The notes under the pieces are model-generated. The model did no database searches and was not told the origin of the DNA. It was given only the letters and a program-made list of their open reading frames with translations. A stretch of DNA of 63,887 nucleotides, filler included, from Octopus bimaculoides (Eukaryota), in NCBI RefSeq assembly GCF_001194135.2. It is 5 parts of 4 records of this genome, joined end to end, with 100 filler letters (N's around TTAATTAATTAA, not from the genome) between each part and the next. Parts side by side here need not be neighbours in the genome. Positions count along the whole stretch, not along the records: positions 62,131 to 63,887 come from NW_026342107.1; 4 more parts are not named here. One strand, given 5' to 3'. Within the stretch, counting starts at the first letter, position 1. Each line of letters opens with the position of its first letter. Of this stretch, positions 63,089-63,887 are shown in pieces. The position numbers and the translations under genes are program-made.

Positions 63089-63887
63089 AATAATAATAAT
63101 AATAATAATGATGATGATGATAAGATCCTAAGGGAGCTCAATGAAAAATCAAGGAAGTTTGTGAAAAAATCTCGACGGCCCCCACCCACCCAATGAAAAA
63201 AAATGTTGAAAACAAAAAGTTTCTAAATATGAAATTTAAAAAAAATTGTAATCCAAAACAAGAAAATTGATGAAATTTCAGTCGGAAATTACAACCAAAT
63301 TAGAAATAATAAACGAAATTTTGAAATATATAAACAAAACTATGACAAGAAAAANNNNNNNNNNNNNNNNNNNNNNNNNNNNNNNNNNNNNNNNNNNNNN
63401 NNNNNNNNNNNNNNNNNNNNNNNNNNNNNNNNNNNNNNNNNNNNNNNNNNNNNNNNNNNNNNNNNNNNNNNNNNNNNNNNNNNNNNNNNNNNNNNNNNNN
63501 NNNNNNNNNNNNNNNNNNNNNNNNNNNNNNNNNNNNNNNNNNNNNNNNNNNNNNNNNNNNNNNNNNNNNNNNNNNNNNNNNNNNNNNNNNNNNNNNNNNN
63601 NNNNNNNNNNNNNNNNNNNNNNNNNNNNNNNNNNNNNNNNNNNNNNNNNNNNNNNNNNNNNNNNNNNNNNNNNNNNNNNNNNNAGAAATAATAAACGAAA
63701 TTTTGAAATATATAAACAAAACTATGACAAGAAAAACTGATTTCTGAAACAATTTTAGAAAAAAATTTGTTTTTCCTCTTGTAAATCAAAGACATTTGCA
63801 GGTGTTATACCATTTTGGAGAGGATATATGTATGTATGTATGTATGTACATATGTATGTATGCATTTATGTATGTATGTATGCATCT

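Overview
Draft-assembly window of a microsatellite- and SINE-rich animal genome. The repeat landscape and gene content suggest an octopus or other coleoid cephalopod (inference). Four identical artificial linkers (44 N + TTAATTAATTAA + 44 N) split the window into five segments whose adjacency is not proven by sequence. Two protein-coding genes are well supported. One is a single 667-nt exon of an Eph receptor tyrosine kinase (10245-10911, +; ligand-binding domain plus cysteine-rich region). The other is an eight-exon, 3'-incomplete gene (31441-39376, +) encoding a long low-complexity N-terminus and two cyclic-nucleotide-binding domains (CNBD2/CRIS-like), which I assembled from phase-consistent GT-AG exons that the ORF track mostly misses. 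Mobile DNA includes several tRNA-derived SINE families, two DD37D (maT-type) Tc1/mariner relics plus a solo TIR, TTAA-flanked piggyBac-like MITEs (one solo, one tandem array), and three RLE-type (R4/Dong-like) LINE 3' ends sitting in (AAT)n tracts. The most unusual observations are two hammerhead-ribozyme-like motifs with a compensatory stem change, a SINE-derived 121-bp satellite just upstream of the CNBD gene, an intact versus degenerate pair of CNB pockets, and candidate exons including a 24-nt microexon of an unidentified minus-strand gene. Most ORFs in the supplied track are microsatellite or N-gap artefacts.
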